Below, piece by piece: positions 24,552 to 37,999 of a stretch of 64,000 nt of DNA. Source of the stretch: Phoronis australis (lineage: Eukaryota; Animalia; Phoronida). Numbering within the stretch: the first letter of the stretch is position 1; each line of letters opens with the position of its first letter. The stretch lies in NCBI GenBank assembly GCA_002633005.1, contig NMRA01000030.1, positions 528,644-592,643 of the forward strand. Direction: 5' to 3'. The position numbers and the translations under genes were made by a program. Under the pieces are notes generated by a model, which saw nothing but the letters and a program-made list of their open reading frames with translations, had not been told where the DNA came from and made no database searches.

Positions 24552-24570
24552 GTAAGTCAGCCTTACTAAT

Positions 24571-25612
24571 CAGGTCTCGATGCTATTAAAATCGCCATGT
24601 CGCAATTTGCAATCTAACCAATATACCAGGTCGCATTTTCAAAATCCAGCTCGCATTTATAAATGCCAGGTCGCAAAATTTTTACGCGCCAAAATTGACT
24701 TTTTAGATTAATAACATGCTCTTACCTAAGGCGTTAAACACTCACAAATTGCAGATTGCAAAATTGAGTTCGTCCATGCAGGTACGGCATTACTGCTCTT
24801 CACGACCGCTATTGAAAGGCTCTAGAGCGCACGGCAACTTGTCGACGTGAAAGTTGAATCAGTGGTCTCTAACTAAAAAGTGCATTCGAGTAGCTAAGTT
24901 TTCAATGTGAAAAGGGAGAAAATGCCCGTTGACAAAGTATCCACGATTTTGTTAGGTCTCACCTGCTACTGGGTGTCATCAAAGTCGTTAAACATCCAAA
25001 CTAACTCAGAGTGCTAATTCCCTCTACTTTTTGTTTGCAGCCCAAATTTTGCAACTTAACTCGACGTTTGAAAAACATCTGTCGAAAAAAAATTGTGAAA
25101 CGGTGCCCTAACCGAATGACGTGGGAACAAGTCAGTGCAAATTTCACAACAAAAATGTGACACTTATGCTGTTTGCGTACTCAACAATTAGTTTTCCATG
25201 AAATGAATAGCTTCGAAATAATTCCCGACTCCGTGCAGGTTTCCATCGGTTAACTCGAGTTTGTTCCTCAATAACTTCCAAGTGCAGGAAAAATAGGTCA
25301 GTCACAAAATGACATGCGTTAAACTTTCTTTTGGAAGTATGAAACAAAGCCGGGATTTGGTTTTTACATATTGAGAGAAGACGATTTTTGAATTTGTTGT
25401 GTAAAATAAGAGTGACACTCTATACAGGCTGCGTGTCAATTTTAAACCACACGCAGTCGTTTGCAGTACGCTGTGAAGGGCGCTAGCCTGAACTGTGGGC
25501 GCTTAATTGGAAATTCTCAAAAGTTGACAGGGAATGCTTAGTAGGTCAGTGAGCGCTTATTATGAATCACTTCAAAGGTAGGGAGTAGACTTGTGCGTGA
25601 GCATAGTCGTTA
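24571..25612 (+). mobile_element. hAT-like family C, truncated left-end copy
   Basis: Starts CAGGTCTCGATGCTATTAAAATCGCCA and is colinear with 25620-26460. Confidence 0.75.
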
Positions 25613-27194
25613 GCTTCTACAGGGCTCGACGCTATTAAAATCGCCAGGTCGCATTTTGCGACCTAGCCAAAATCCCAGGTCGCATTTTCAAAATCCAGCT
25701 CGCATTCGTAAATGCCAGGTCGCAAAATTTTCCCGCCATTTTTACGCGCCAAAATAGATATTTTAGATCATCGAGAAAATGTTTAGATTATGCTCTTACC
25801 TGCAGCGTTAAAAACTCACAAATTTCGGATCTCAAAATTGACTTCATTCATGCAGGTACGGCCTTACTGTTCTTCACGACCGCCATTGAAAGACTCTAGA
25901 GCGCAAGGCAAGTTGCCGACGTGAAACTTGAATCAGTGCTCTCTAACTGACTGCAATCGAGTAGCTAAATTTGCGATGTGAAAAGGGAGAAAATGCCTGT
26001 TGAAAAAGTATCCGGGATTTTGTTAGATCTGGCCTGCTACTGGCTGTCATCAAAGTCGTTAACGATTCAAACTAACTCGGGTAATGGCGAGTTTGCTCCT
26101 CAATACCTTCCAAGTACGGGGAAAAATAGGTCAGTCACAAAACGACACGCATGTGACTAGTGTTAACTTTCTTTCCGAGGTACAAAATAAAGCCGGGATT
26201 TGGTTTTTACATATTGTGAAAAGACGTTTTTGAAAACTGAACCTGTGTAAAATGAAAGTGACACCATATAAGCTGCGTGTCAATTTTAAACCACACGCGG
26301 TCGTTTGTAGTGCGCTATGATGGGCGCTAGCTTGAACTGTGGGTGCTTAATTGGAAATTCTCAAAATTTAAGGGGGGACTCTTTATAGAACAGTGAGCGC
26401 TTATTATGAAACACTTTAAAGGTAGGGAGTAGGCTTGTGCGTGAGCATAGTCGTTAACCTCAGTTTTTGCGGTAATAAGATATTAAAACGCTGCAATGGT
26501 AAGAAACGTTATAATAGTACGATTTTGCGAGAAAAACTCCATCTAGTAGGGGTGACTTTCTGGATATCGTTACCACCTACATTGTACCCTTTTTAGCCAC
26601 CCGGAATGATTTTGTTTTTAACTACTCGCTTCAACCGGAACCAGGTTGTTTCCATCGGAGTCTGAACATTTTACGGCGACGGTGGGGGAGCGAAAAGTTG
26701 CCGGGGAGGGGGGGTGTATAAAGAGAAGAATGAAAAGTTCGCTAACTTGAATCACAATTTCGCATCTAGTGCCAGTTTAGTTGCAATAGCTGGCTACGGG
26801 CATAGAATACAGGGTTTACAGAACATCGACCTCGGGAAACATCGGAACAGGAAAACGTCAGTTCTGGGTTATATCGGTCCCGGGACATCGGGTCTTTTAT
26901 AACCGCTGGGAATCTGAGTTCATTTTCAAATAAACCAGAGCCAAGCCGGTATACTCTTTCATTTAGGACTGTCGCTGTTCTTTAAGTGGTGCGCACGCGC
27001 GAGTTCACACACTTGAATCGCTGGAGTAGGCCTACACTTTACGTTGGCAACAACGTGTGAAAGACAAATCATATTTCGCGCACGTAGCCCCAGAAACAAG
27101 TAAAGGGTTTGAGAATTTCTTGGCAACTGAAAGTAAAGACGTGACCGTCGTTTGGCGATTAATAAGGTTGTCATTTTCACTTTGGCTGTCGTAA

Positions 27195-28909
27195 AGGAGA
27201 ATGCCACCCAAAAATCAACCTATTTTGTATCAATTTAGATCGAGTAGTTCTACTCCATAACGGCACGTTCGGTTGCATTACCTGACACCTGACGGCAGAC
27301 GGAGGTGTTGAAATTATCCAATGATGTAATACGTTTCACATGCAGTCTGTTCAGCAGTTCACAACACGGGTTACTGGTGTCAGATTATCGATTGAATTCA
27401 TCGTTTAACACCAATAAATCATCAAACTTCGATGTAAAACCCTTAAAAATACACCGTGTTCTTATAATAACGTGTTGTTTAATTTCGCTGTTACAGATTT
27501 ACTGGTAGTTTGACACACCGTAGCCTACAAAGTTCGGCAGGCCAATTTACCAAGGTCCGTAGCAGGAGTTTGGGGTCTGTTCGGAGATAAATTCGAAGTA
27601 TTCTTCCGTGAAATATAGACAGGAGAATCTACACCTGTGTTGTTTATACTTGTGATTTTTTTAGTTCTATGCACACAAAATGCTTGTTATCTCGGCCAGT
27701 GGCTCGGAACACAATCAGGCCCGTCGTGGCCGGACTGACTCGTTATCCCAGCCAGTGGCTCGGAACCCGATCAGGCTCGTCGCGGCCGCCGGGACTGGCA
27801 CGAACATAAACCAGCTTGAGTTGGAAACTAAGCCTCCAGTCACAAAAAGACTATAAGAGTGAGCCAAAGAATTAATGTGTACGTAATTGGTGAATTAGCC
27901 ACGAAACTGAAAATCTGCTTACTTGTCGGGGGCCGCGAAGCCGGGTTCCCCTTCCACAGACCGTCAGGGCAAAGGTTGTTGACTTGAATAATGTATTTTA
28001 ATTTTGTATTTCTAAATAAAGATTCCCCTAACATTAACATGTGACCATAGCATATAAAATCAAGTAATTGTTTCACAACAGCTTTCTGTCAGCAAACATT
28101 GAATTAGCATGCGCTCACACGGCCTCGGTACCCGGTCAATTGCCTTTGTTGCCGGCATCAAAAGCCGTAGGTGGTTTATTCATTGCTGGCTTCTTAAAAC
28201 ATTTGCACTCACGAGCACTCCAAGGCATTACAAATTGTATCTAATGCGACAGACTTTGTTTCAGTTTCATATAAGCATTGGTTAGGATGAGAATAATTCA
28301 TTTTGAAACAGAACGCAGAATAATGAACGTCTACATGGCAACTCGCCGGGCGCCAATCCTGACTTAATCAAGAGCTCATCCAACGAAGACTTCACGGGTC
28401 GGATTGTTAGGTTTCACAGGCTATCAGTTCGAACCAGAATACACTGATCAAGAAATACTAGAGAGGCGCTGTGAACATGCACAGGCAACGGAACGTATGG
28501 ATAGTTCTTTGGTAAGCCGGAATTCGTCAGAGAAATCACTGTCGGCGAAATGCCGGCCACACACATGGATATGTTTCACGGCCTCATACTTGCTATTAAC
28601 AGCGTACCTTTCATTCTTCACTACTGCAAGCCACTTCCTAAGCATTTCGGGCTCTCGAAGAAGTCGAAAAAACGATATACCCGCTTTCTTCGCAGCTTCA
28701 TAGTTCAGACAAGCGGGAATCATGCACCGCAATATAGCGGCATTCATTCTGCAGACGAACCACTGACGTCGCTGCGTCGTTTCTTACCTTCCTCACAGGT
28801 TAACGCGACACACCTCTCGGCAAGGTGAGGTCAACCTTATAAGAGGCGATGTGGATGCAGACCGATTAAGATGGTAAAAAAGACTAATCAAATCGGGTGG
28901 CATTCTCCT
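27195..28909. mobile_element. Internally deleted Kolobok transposon
   Basis: TIR AGGAGAATGCCACCC with GTAA/TTAA flanks; THAP ORF on the minus strand and a GYQFEPEYTDQE KolX-like start on the plus strand. Confidence 0.8.
28448..28747 (-). pseudogene. THAP zinc-finger N-terminus of a Kolobok transposase (truncated)
   Basis: CMIPAC..SFFRL..KWL..VCGRHFADSDF is the C2CH THAP signature; the terminal AVP box is missing. Confidence 0.85.
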
Positions 28910-29594
28910 TTAATACGATAAAAAGGAGAAGCACATCTCAGTATAAGTCTCTATTGTCTGCCGGGATCGCTTGCACGCGGCGGTGCCCCAGTGCGATATC
29001 AGGGAGATTGTCGTGGATATTTGGTACATGTAATAAGGACATCTTATGAGAAAAATAAATATTTTTGTAGACCACAAAGTTTGGTAAGTTGATCGCTTAA
29101 GAATTAGTAGAAACACCGTTGTTTTGTGAAGTTTTATCACGTGTTAAGCTATGGGCCGAAACTTTCTTCGACGAATCCGGGAATTTACAAAAGTGGTCGA
29201 AAGTGTTAGCCAATGAAACGCGTCAAAGATCGATTCTGCATATCCCATGTTCACGCGACTTGCTTACAAGTAATCAGGAGAACTGTTCTCAGTTAGCGTT
29301 CTTTTGAACTTGGATTTGGCAACAACCAAATAACGGTCGGATTAACAAGAGCTGCTTTGTATTTGCCAGGTATCTGTTGAGAAGTGTAAAAACTCAGCTC
29401 GCATTCGTTGGAAATTCCAGGTCGCATTTTGCGACTTGATACGAGCTGACAAAAATCTCAGCTCGCATTTCCAAATTTCAGGTCGCAAATGCGACCTGAA
29501 GCTTGTTATGTCGAGCCTTGCTCTAGTACCTGGATAGTTGCAATAGCTGGCTACGGGTATAGAATATAGGGAACATCGACTTCGGGAAGCATCG

Positions 29595-29816
29595 CATGCG
29601 TGCACCCAGGGGGGGCTTGTTCGAAGTGGGCAAAAAGGTCCGCCTGTGAGAAACAAAAAGTCCATGAATATGAGACAAAAGTCTGCTAAACAAGTACAAA
29701 CACGCAATTCAGAGTGGTGCGTCCGCTTTTTTTTAGTCCACCGGCTGTTTTGTTACCAAAGGTCCACAACGTTAGGAATATGAGCCTCCCCATATTGAAG
29801 GCTGGGTACGTGTATG
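29595..29816. mobile_element. hAT-type MITE family E with a 5-bp TSD; second copy at 37660-37901
   Basis: TIR CATGCGTGCACCCAG; flanks CATCG/CATAG and AACAT/AACAT; the empty site is visible in the paralogous host repeat at 26765-26890. Confidence 0.8.
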
Positions 29817-30835
29817 CATAGTCACAGGAAAATATCAGTTCTGGGTTATATCGGTCCAACCACCTTTTGCAGGGCATTAGCGCCTACTTACGTTCGGTGA
29901 GTGCTCAAGGTGATACGGTGGGCTTTGGGCGCTTACTTACCTCTAATTTTACCACTACAGCACTAGGTTTAATCAATAAATAAATACCCAAGTTGCATTT
30001 GCATTTTATTGCTCAATCTCTTCTTTTATTTTTAATTATGTCATGCTGTGTTGTATGTAACAATGCAATATAATGAAATAAAGTCAATGTTTTACTTTAT
30101 TGGTGGCCACTCTCTATCAATTCAAGTATTTTAATTTTCTTCACATAAATCCAAAATGCCTGAACCAAAAATTTCAACATAAATGTTGAGCTTAGTACTC
30201 TTACAATAAAAAACAAGTGGACAATATTTTGATGACCAATACGTGGGCCGAAACTGTTAAGCACCCAGCGTGTTGCATTTGTCTGCTGCGTTTTTCCTAT
30301 GGACTAACAGGTGTCGGTTAGTGGCTGGGACGAATATACATTGTATAAACAATCCCAGTGTTGTTTTTCGTTTCGTCTGAAGAAAATTTAATTTCGAATA
30401 TATCATCTGAAAATGAACAAAAAAGTGAATTAGTAAAATCTACAAATTTTTAAGTGGTTTCAAAAAATAGTCGGTAAATGCACCGCTTTTCGTTTCAGTT
30501 CTTCAATACTCCCCAGAGGTTAGTACCTAAGGTGTAGATGGCCACTCTAGATTGGAACGCTAAGTCCCACATGGCTGCGCTGCACGCGAAAGAAGATGGC
30601 GGACGACCATTGGAGCCTGACGACGATAGGTATCCGGACTATAATTAACGCTGCAGGTAAGAGCATAACCTAAACACTTTCTCCATCATCTAAAAAATCA
30701 ATTTTGGCTTGTAAAAATGGCGGGAAAATTTGCGACCTGGCTTTTATGAATGCGAGTTGGATTTTGAGAATGTAACCTGGGATTTTGGCTAGGTCGCAAA
30801 ATGCGACCTGGCGATTTTAATAGCGTCGAGCCCTG

Positions 30836-30965
30836 AGCTGTATGTTGGCACTTGCTGTCTTTTGTATATAATTATCCTGATGATGTCTAATGAATAGACG
30901 AATGTTGAATAACATGAACATTTTTATTTGTGCACGATCGTCCGTTTTTTAATCTTACTATGGCC
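30836..30965 (+). mobile_element. Penelope pseudo-LTR fragment with a degenerate hammerhead (30875-30909); inverted copy at 51845-51975
   Basis: CTGATGA-T-GTCTA(atgaa)TAGAC-GAA-TGTTG; the 51.9-kb copy lies directly 3-prime of a Penelope ORF remnant. Confidence 0.65.
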
Positions 30966-33039
30966 ATTCAACATGGGGGTGGTATTACCGAGTACCGGGA
31001 AATAGTCCAAGCAGAATTTTCACGATAAAATACTAAGGGACCAGGGTAGAAAAAAATTCGTTGTATTTTTAGAAAGATTATAACGTTGCACGAAATCGAA
31101 CAATACCAAAATCATTTGTGTAAGTCAATGTCGTCATATTGTAAACAATTAACGGATTGGGTTTTACTGAGGTTTGAGTAGCTGAGTTGTAACTGGTGAG
31201 GTATACCCTGGTGAGTACTTTTAGAGACCTAGCTAGTGAACCTGCAGTAATACAACACCGTTACCGTTTATTCAACACTAGGGACGTGACAAAGTCTTGT
31301 CTAAACGCTGATTGGCTTTTCCCAGATATTGCGTAATGGCGATTATCGATAAGACAGCCATTGTCTCACGGTGGCTATAGTATTTCAGCTCTCTCTCCTC
31401 CAGAAACCAAGAAAACAGGGAACCACATTATTGATGACGTAGACCGTAAATTCTTCTGGGCATACGTCATTTTCTTTGTTGAATTTTCATTCTTGTCAAA
31501 GCATGTCACTGGTGAGAAGTTGGGGGAATTTTTTGCTCCTGTTTGACTGCTTGTATTTTGAAAGGTAAGTTATTTTCTCTTATGAAATGTGTTCTTTATT
31601 CTTATTTTATATCTTTTGCAACTGCTCACCAAATTTCAATTCAATCAAATCACCGTATCATGGTCTGCTAACTCCGTAAAAATTAAGACCCGAGGCAGGC
31701 ATTCTCGCCAACCAGCCATAACGGACCAGTGTATCGGCATTGCCGTTTATGGTTAACAATTGCTCTTAAATTAGGTAGATTGACTAGTTTATGTAAATTA
31801 ATAGCAGAATTGATCAATTTGGATGAAGTTCCATACATTTTCATGTGTAGTTTTTGTATATCAATGACTTTGTAAGGTGTAGTATAGGTAATCTTGGTCC
31901 GGCGAATTTTGGTCACGTGATCAAATCCCAGAGATTTGATTGGCTCAAAACCTGAATTCTTTGATTATGTTGAAGTGTGATTTTGGCTAGATTTTCTTCA
32001 CAATATTGCCATGATTTNNNNNNNNNCCTGCCCCCCCCCCCTTAAATCCGCCTATGGTTGGTGAGTTCCCAAAATCTCGCTGGGACGGAAAAGTGGGACC
32101 GGTTTAGTAGCAGCCGCTTTAAAAGCTGGTGTGGTGGCAAAGTCACAAGGCACATGTAAGATGAATTTCACCTCACTAAGTTAGGTTTAGTTTGCGGGCA
32201 CAAACTTCTCACAGAAAAATACCCGACAGAATGGGTCAACACTATAGGGGGGATTATGTAACTGCTAAAAGTGAATTGTCAAAGGTCTTTATGCATTTTT
32301 GATATAAAGGATTAATTTTGGCATGGTGAAATGATTTATTATATGGAGTTTATCGGGTGAACGTTGTAATAAGCACTGACGCAGTCGCTCAAAAACAAGA
32401 CTACTGAAGAGCAAAAATCGGTTTATTAGTGACCGCCTTGTCGCCTGGTCCATGGTCACATTCATTGAATCTATATTTTACCCCAGCGTTTAGGTCGAGC
32501 AACCACAACACTGAGCGAAGATTATCTGAACACTTTCATCTTAATTCTTATATGTTATAAATAGTTAGTACAAAAGCGGTTTTAAACAAGGAGTTGATTC
32601 AACATCGGAAACAAAGACTTATTTTCCACACTAAGCCGCCACTCATCAGGCCATACACTTTCCGGTTCATGAACTCTCGTGACCTGTGGTTAATGTCAGC
32701 AGCAAAATGAGAATATAGGTCATGGTGCTTGGTCAAAATTCTCTGGCAGACTGTCTTATTTGAGGAGACAGCGTCACCTCATTGGAAAGCGGCCCTGTGC
32801 AACTAGTCTCCTGCACAGACCCTCGAGATTGGTTAGCTATCCGTGACGTCAGCTTGTGAGGCCCAGGAACCAGGTTATTCTACTCAGGTCATCTGAGGTG
32901 AAGTGGAGTACGCTGAGGCCGAAGTGAGAGTCGGGTATGTAATATTGTAAACAATGATGGCTATTCTTATTTACAGACAAGTTATATGTCTATGTGCGAA
33001 GGGCTCAACTATTGAAAAATAATTTCAGAGAGCTGCTAG

Positions 33040-33900
33040 TCAACTACACCCAGTGCTGGATATACACACAAAACGTACCGAGCGTGGCGTACATGAAATA
33101 ATATCCCACCAGAGACCGTGATCCCACTCGACATTATTCCGGGTAATGACCTCGACCTTCGGTCTCATTCGATACGCGGAGTAATGTCTCTTGGGATATT
33201 ATTTCATGTACGCCACTCGAGGTACGTTTTGTATTTATCCCATACGCATCGAATTCGTGAGTTTCTTTTGTTTTCTTTCGGCATTTTATAAATACTTCAC
33301 CCTGACTGTTTACGTGGCTAATCACAACCTGTTGTGTATGTACGTGCGCGTTCTGTTGCCAACTTACTATAGTAAAAGGAAACAGTTTTAAATGTAACGG
33401 TTTATTACTTGAAATTGATAAAAAGTGTGAAAACGACAGTTATTGTGCATTGAACTTGTATAATATTTCGAAAATAAGTAAATAACAAGAAAATTTATAA
33501 CACTGTAAAATCCTCATCGAGTAAGCTGCACTTGTTCATGAAACTAGGTCATTGACCGGAGCGCGTAGCATACACGTCGTCTGCTTTCACGAATATGTTA
33601 TAAGTGCCACCGTTGATGACCGCTCCGGCGAATATGTCTGTTGTAGCGTTGTTGCAAGTACGTTGTCGCATTTCTACGGATTCTGTATCCTTGGTACAAA
33701 GCTGTATACTAAATATATGACAGTCTGTTGATACAGCTAGCTGGCTGGCTGGCGGATTCTGTAGCATGGATAGGTTCACGTGTTGCTAGGACGGTCGTCG
33801 TTGCTGCTCGTTCAAAGTGTCGACGATAGTATCGGGTGCGCTCATGGCCAGTGACAATGTTTGATATTGGCGAGTGCCTGAGTCAGTTGCAGACGATATA
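33040..33900 (-). mobile_element. Possible Crypton (tyrosine-recombinase transposon) 3-prime remnant with a palindromic end
   Basis: ~40-bp inverted repeat 33067-33107 / 33192-33235; ORF 33549-33779 ends IFAGAVINGGTYNI, resembling DUF3504-type Crypton C-termini. Confidence 0.35.
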
Positions 33901-33979
33901 TCTTAGAAACTGAAAACTGAGACAGAACAGTCATAATTAACAGTCCTGTTCCAGATGTTATGACTGAGACCTGGGGCTG

Positions 33980-36163
33980 GGCCCAGTCTCCAATCTCCCT
34001 ACGCAGACTCATACTCATACTCGAGATTTCATACTCAAAATCGTGCTCACTAGAGTCGTACTCAAAAAAGTGTGTCTAATTTCGAGTAGACTCCAAACGT
34101 ACTCAAATCTGACACTCATACTCGAGTTGCTATGGAACTCTTCATGATGTGAAATGCAAAATCACGCAAAGCCGCGCTGATTCATCGCTCCCTATTGGAA
34201 TAGACCTCCCCAGGAACTAGGCCTACATTATCGTCTGCTGTCGCTATAACTACAAGAGTATGTCTATAACGTGGAATTCTGAGTGTTCTATACAGTCAAG
34301 TGACATAATTATCGGACGTTTTGGAACATTTTGCATTATATTTATTTGAAAATACTACGGATTTTTGTAAATTCTTTGCTGAAATAAAGACTCACCTTCA
34401 CGGAATTGTTCTGTTACTATATCTTGTCACTGAAAGCCACATTTATGTTCCGACTGATCTTTAAAAAACACAACTAGCAAACCTTCGGAGAACCTAAATA
34501 TCGGACACCATGTTTCCCCATACGCCACACCGTGGAAAACTGACTAACCACGTAATGGCCGCGGGCACCTTGTAGCCAAATTTCAGCTTGAGTGTTTTGA
34601 CATATATGCTGCTAGAACACAGGTCCATTCGCAACAAAATTATCCATAAAATGAAATCTGATGAGGGCGCCAAGTCGTTTTGATGAATTAGTGCAGACGA
34701 CTAAAGCACATGCAAACTCAGTGCAGTTTTTAGAATCTCTTTGGCTTCTTGATATGACACCCGCACCAGCGCGGTCGGGATTTGACTTGAGTGTAAAAAA
34801 CAAATGAAGAAATGGAACAGTGACATATTGTCAGTTCAATGAGATGGTTTCATTGTGGAAAAAGATTTTATTTTCAACTTTTATAACCGATTTATGCGAT
34901 CATCCATTTTAGACCCACTTGGGGGTCTAAATTGCACCCCCTCTCGGTGAAATCAAAACGAGGCAACGCTGTAAAGAAACGAGACGGTGCCGGACATTGA
35001 ATGCATTACAGCGAAACAAAAATTGTTGTCATTTAATTCTCAGATTATGCTTCAAGTAAGATTTTATGAAATGTCCAATATTTAGGCTCCCTCCGATAAT
35101 TAGGTACACTGTAACTGTTATTCATTTTTTAGTTTCAATAAATATTCTTATGTCATTTCTTTGATACATTTGGCAATTATTAAGCTTTACTTATTGAGTT
35201 CCTCACCCAGTCCCGAAAATGTCTTAAGAAATTTGTAACAGCTTATCACATCACATCTCTGTTGCTAATTTAGCCTTGACATAAAACCCATTGCTGTGTA
35301 GGCCTACGCTGATGTCAAACTTTGATACTGTATCTTTGTATTTTGACATTTGGCACGTGAGTTAAAAAACAATACTTGTGCAGGCATTCAGAGTTCACCA
35401 GTGGCAGTGAACGGGACGAGACGTCTACTTAGAAATAGGCGAACAAAATCTGGAATTCCATTTGGGGATTGAGGAATTATAGATGACTTAAAGTTATGAT
35501 GAGAAATGTACCTTACAGGGAAGCGAACTTTTTTTAACTTCCCTCCCCTCCTCGTCTTTTGGAAACCCTACAAAACGTAGGCACACATACCGAAATAAGG
35601 GCAGCACAATTAAACTTCTCACACGACTTTTCCCACAACTACTTTCGACGCTTGTTATGACTCGCCGACAAGGGATTACAATGCGTCTGTTGCCAGGAAT
35701 TGTAGAGGTAGAATGGCGGCCATAACATACAGTGATACGGCAGGTTAATAAGGTGAAGAATAAGAAGATTTAAGATGAAAAATATTATCTCTGAACTGAA
35801 ATTGAAGTGCTGAAATACGGTAAGAGGACTTATTTTTTAGATTTGCTGTGTTTCTTGGTTCCCTTTCGATATTTTGATCTCTGGCTCGTATTTATTTTCG
35901 AGTACGATTTCAAGCACACTGCCATACCAAACTTGACATTTGAGCATATACTCTGAATTTTTACTCAAAATCGTACTCGAAATATAGATGAGATACACTT
36001 CAGTTTGAGTACACTCGAAAACTGAGTACATGCTCGAAATTTCGAGTACAGATTTTTCGAGTATGACATTGAATACACCAAAGCTGAGTCTGTACTCGAG
36101 TTGAGTATGAAGTGTGAGTTTGAGCATGATTCGAGTCTGAGTACGGAGATTGGAAACCGGGCC
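33980..36163. mobile_element. PIF/Harbinger non-autonomous element, family B copy 2, with a nested Tc1/mariner MITE
   Basis: Colinear with copy 1; same TIRs and CTG/CAG flanks. Confidence 0.88.
34293..35111. mobile_element. Tc1/mariner-type MITE nested in Harbinger copy 2
   Basis: TA duplication (34291-34292 and 35112-35113); imperfect TIR CAGT..TAATTATCGGA; absent from copy 1. Confidence 0.82.
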
Positions 36164-36170
36164 CAGGTTG

Positions 36171-37070
36171 CATGTAGGCAATGACCATCGCCTCTGTTGG
36201 CCCGACCAGAGGCCATGCAGCTCCTATAGGCGCTGCATACGCCGGAAGTTTTTCGGCGAATTATGCCTCGCACCGACTAAAACATCAAAGTCACGTTGTT
36301 ATAAATACCTTTTGTGCATAGAGGAACACCTTAGGAGGTTGTCGATGTGTTTAATTCCTTCCAACTTGAACAAATACTCCTGTTATTAAACTTTTTCTTC
36401 GAGCAGTCCCTATTTCAGTTCCCAAAATCGTGAACTCACTATTTTCACTCGGTGCATGCCAAGACATATGACCTCATTCTTTTAACCAGGTCGAAGGTCA
36501 GAAGTTGCGGTCCTACCGGCGAACTTTGAAAGCTGAAGTCCCCGCCCTCTGCGTACGTGCTGCCGGGAACCAGCCGTGCATTTGCCGTGTTGTTAAACAT
36601 TAAATTGTCAAATATGTGCACAATGACTATTAAATGTCATATCAACAGCATTTATTTTTATCAAATACAAACAATAATTCATTGAAATACAATCAGTTTC
36701 AAGTAACGCCAATTAAAAACAAGTAGAGGTGGCATTTTGGAAACGAACATTTGACTGACAAGACCGCAATGGCTCACCTTTGGCCTATTTAAAGATTGAG
36801 GTCATGAAGTCACATCACTTAGCGAGCGCGGTAAAAATTGGAGCGTGAGCAGTATAAAAATGGTGAGTTCACGATTTTGGGAACTGAACGAGTGACTGCT
36901 CAAAGAAAAAGTTCGATAACGGAAGTATTTGTTCGAGTTGAAAGGAATTAAATATATCGACAACCTAGCTCCTAAGGTGTTCCTCTATGCGCAAAAGGTA
37001 TTTATAACAACGTGACTTTGATGTTTTAGTCGGTGCGAGGCATAATTCGCCGAAAAGCTTCCGGCATATG
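36171..37070. mobile_element. Foldback element, family A (inverted arms ~36232-36450 and ~36860-37070); further pieces at 19674-19776, 40213-40431 and 47043-47240
   Basis: Shared CCTAAGGTGTTCCTCTATG.GCAAAAGGTA..CGAGGCATAATTCGCCGAAAAGCTT sequence in both orientations. Confidence 0.75.
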
Positions 37071-37999
37071 AATTGCAATGAACCTTTTAAAGAGCCTCCA
37101 AAGGACATTGAAATACGGAGGCATAACCGTAGCAATGGCATTGCGCGAAACTTAGGTATATTTGCTTCCACCTCTAAAGACAAAAATTCGGTTTGTGAGA
37201 AAGCGCTGTGTTGTTCTTGTTTTCATTGTCTCGGGGGAATTGTTAAAGCTCAAATAAAGCTTAAAAGCATAGAAAGAGATTTTCACATCCAGACGTCGGA
37301 ACAAAACGTATCTCTTTGAAAAAGCAGAGGACAATAGAAAGGAAGAAAGAAAAAGAAAACAGCAATAGGGCGATGATCTACCGGCAAGAAAAAAAAAGGT
37401 TATATGCAAAGTTGTTGTTTTCTGTAAGCTTCATTACAAGTTTCGTGTTAAGTTACAGGCCCCTGCATGACTTCCTGTTGTGGTATTTGGCTTGCCTCAA
37501 ATGAGAATGAGACCATATGAGACCGTGTTTAGGTGAATAAATGCAGTGCACTTTATTTTTATTGAAATGGGCCCTAAATGCCAGTGAATGGCAAAATGAC
37601 AACCAATTGTTTCGCTATTTGTGAATGGCGTTTGCGACAGAAATGTATAAGGTAAACATCATGCATGCACCCAGGTGGGCTCGAATGAGAACCCGGCCCC
37701 CCATTTGGCGAAGTGGTTCGCCTCAGAGAAACAAGAAGTCCGTGAAAAACATGACAAAAGTCCCCTAAATAGGCGCAAACACACAATTCAGAGCTCTGAA
37801 TGTGGTACCCCGTTTATTTAGTCCTCCCGCTTTTTGTTAGTAAAAGGTCCATGATCGTCAAAAATCCGAGCCCACAATCTTAAAGGCTGGGTGCACGCAT
37901 TAACATTGAACTCAAAATTCAACTGTCCTGTGCAAATTTGTAACTTATCTTTCAATGTCTTGTGAGCAGTGCCACTTGAATATTCTCAATGCCTTCTTA

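Larger units (their letters stand above)
25620..29520 (+). mobile_element. hAT-like family C element (TIR CA(G/A)GGCTCGAC) with a nested Kolobok; inverted left-end fragment at 30656-30835
   Basis: CAGGGCTCGAC at 25620, GTCGAGCCTTG at 29510-29520, and subterminal GGTCGCA/GCTCGCA motif arrays at both ends; TSD not matched. Confidence 0.72.
19780..30549 (+). mobile_element. Large dead hAT-like DNA transposon hosting nested insertions (termini tentative)
   Basis: Transposase pseudogene inside. Right end reads TAGAGTGGCCATCTACACCTTAGGTACTAACC on the minus strand and has a partial inverted match ATGCACCATTAGAAGTATTACC at ~19785. Confidence 0.45.

Noticed and set aside
30594-30651. AAGATGGCGG start plus GTATCC (U12-like donor) as a gene first exon
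   Set aside because: The donor lacks the U12 consensus, no downstream exons were found, and the segment ends in TCCGGACTA, the same terminus type as the Academ-like element
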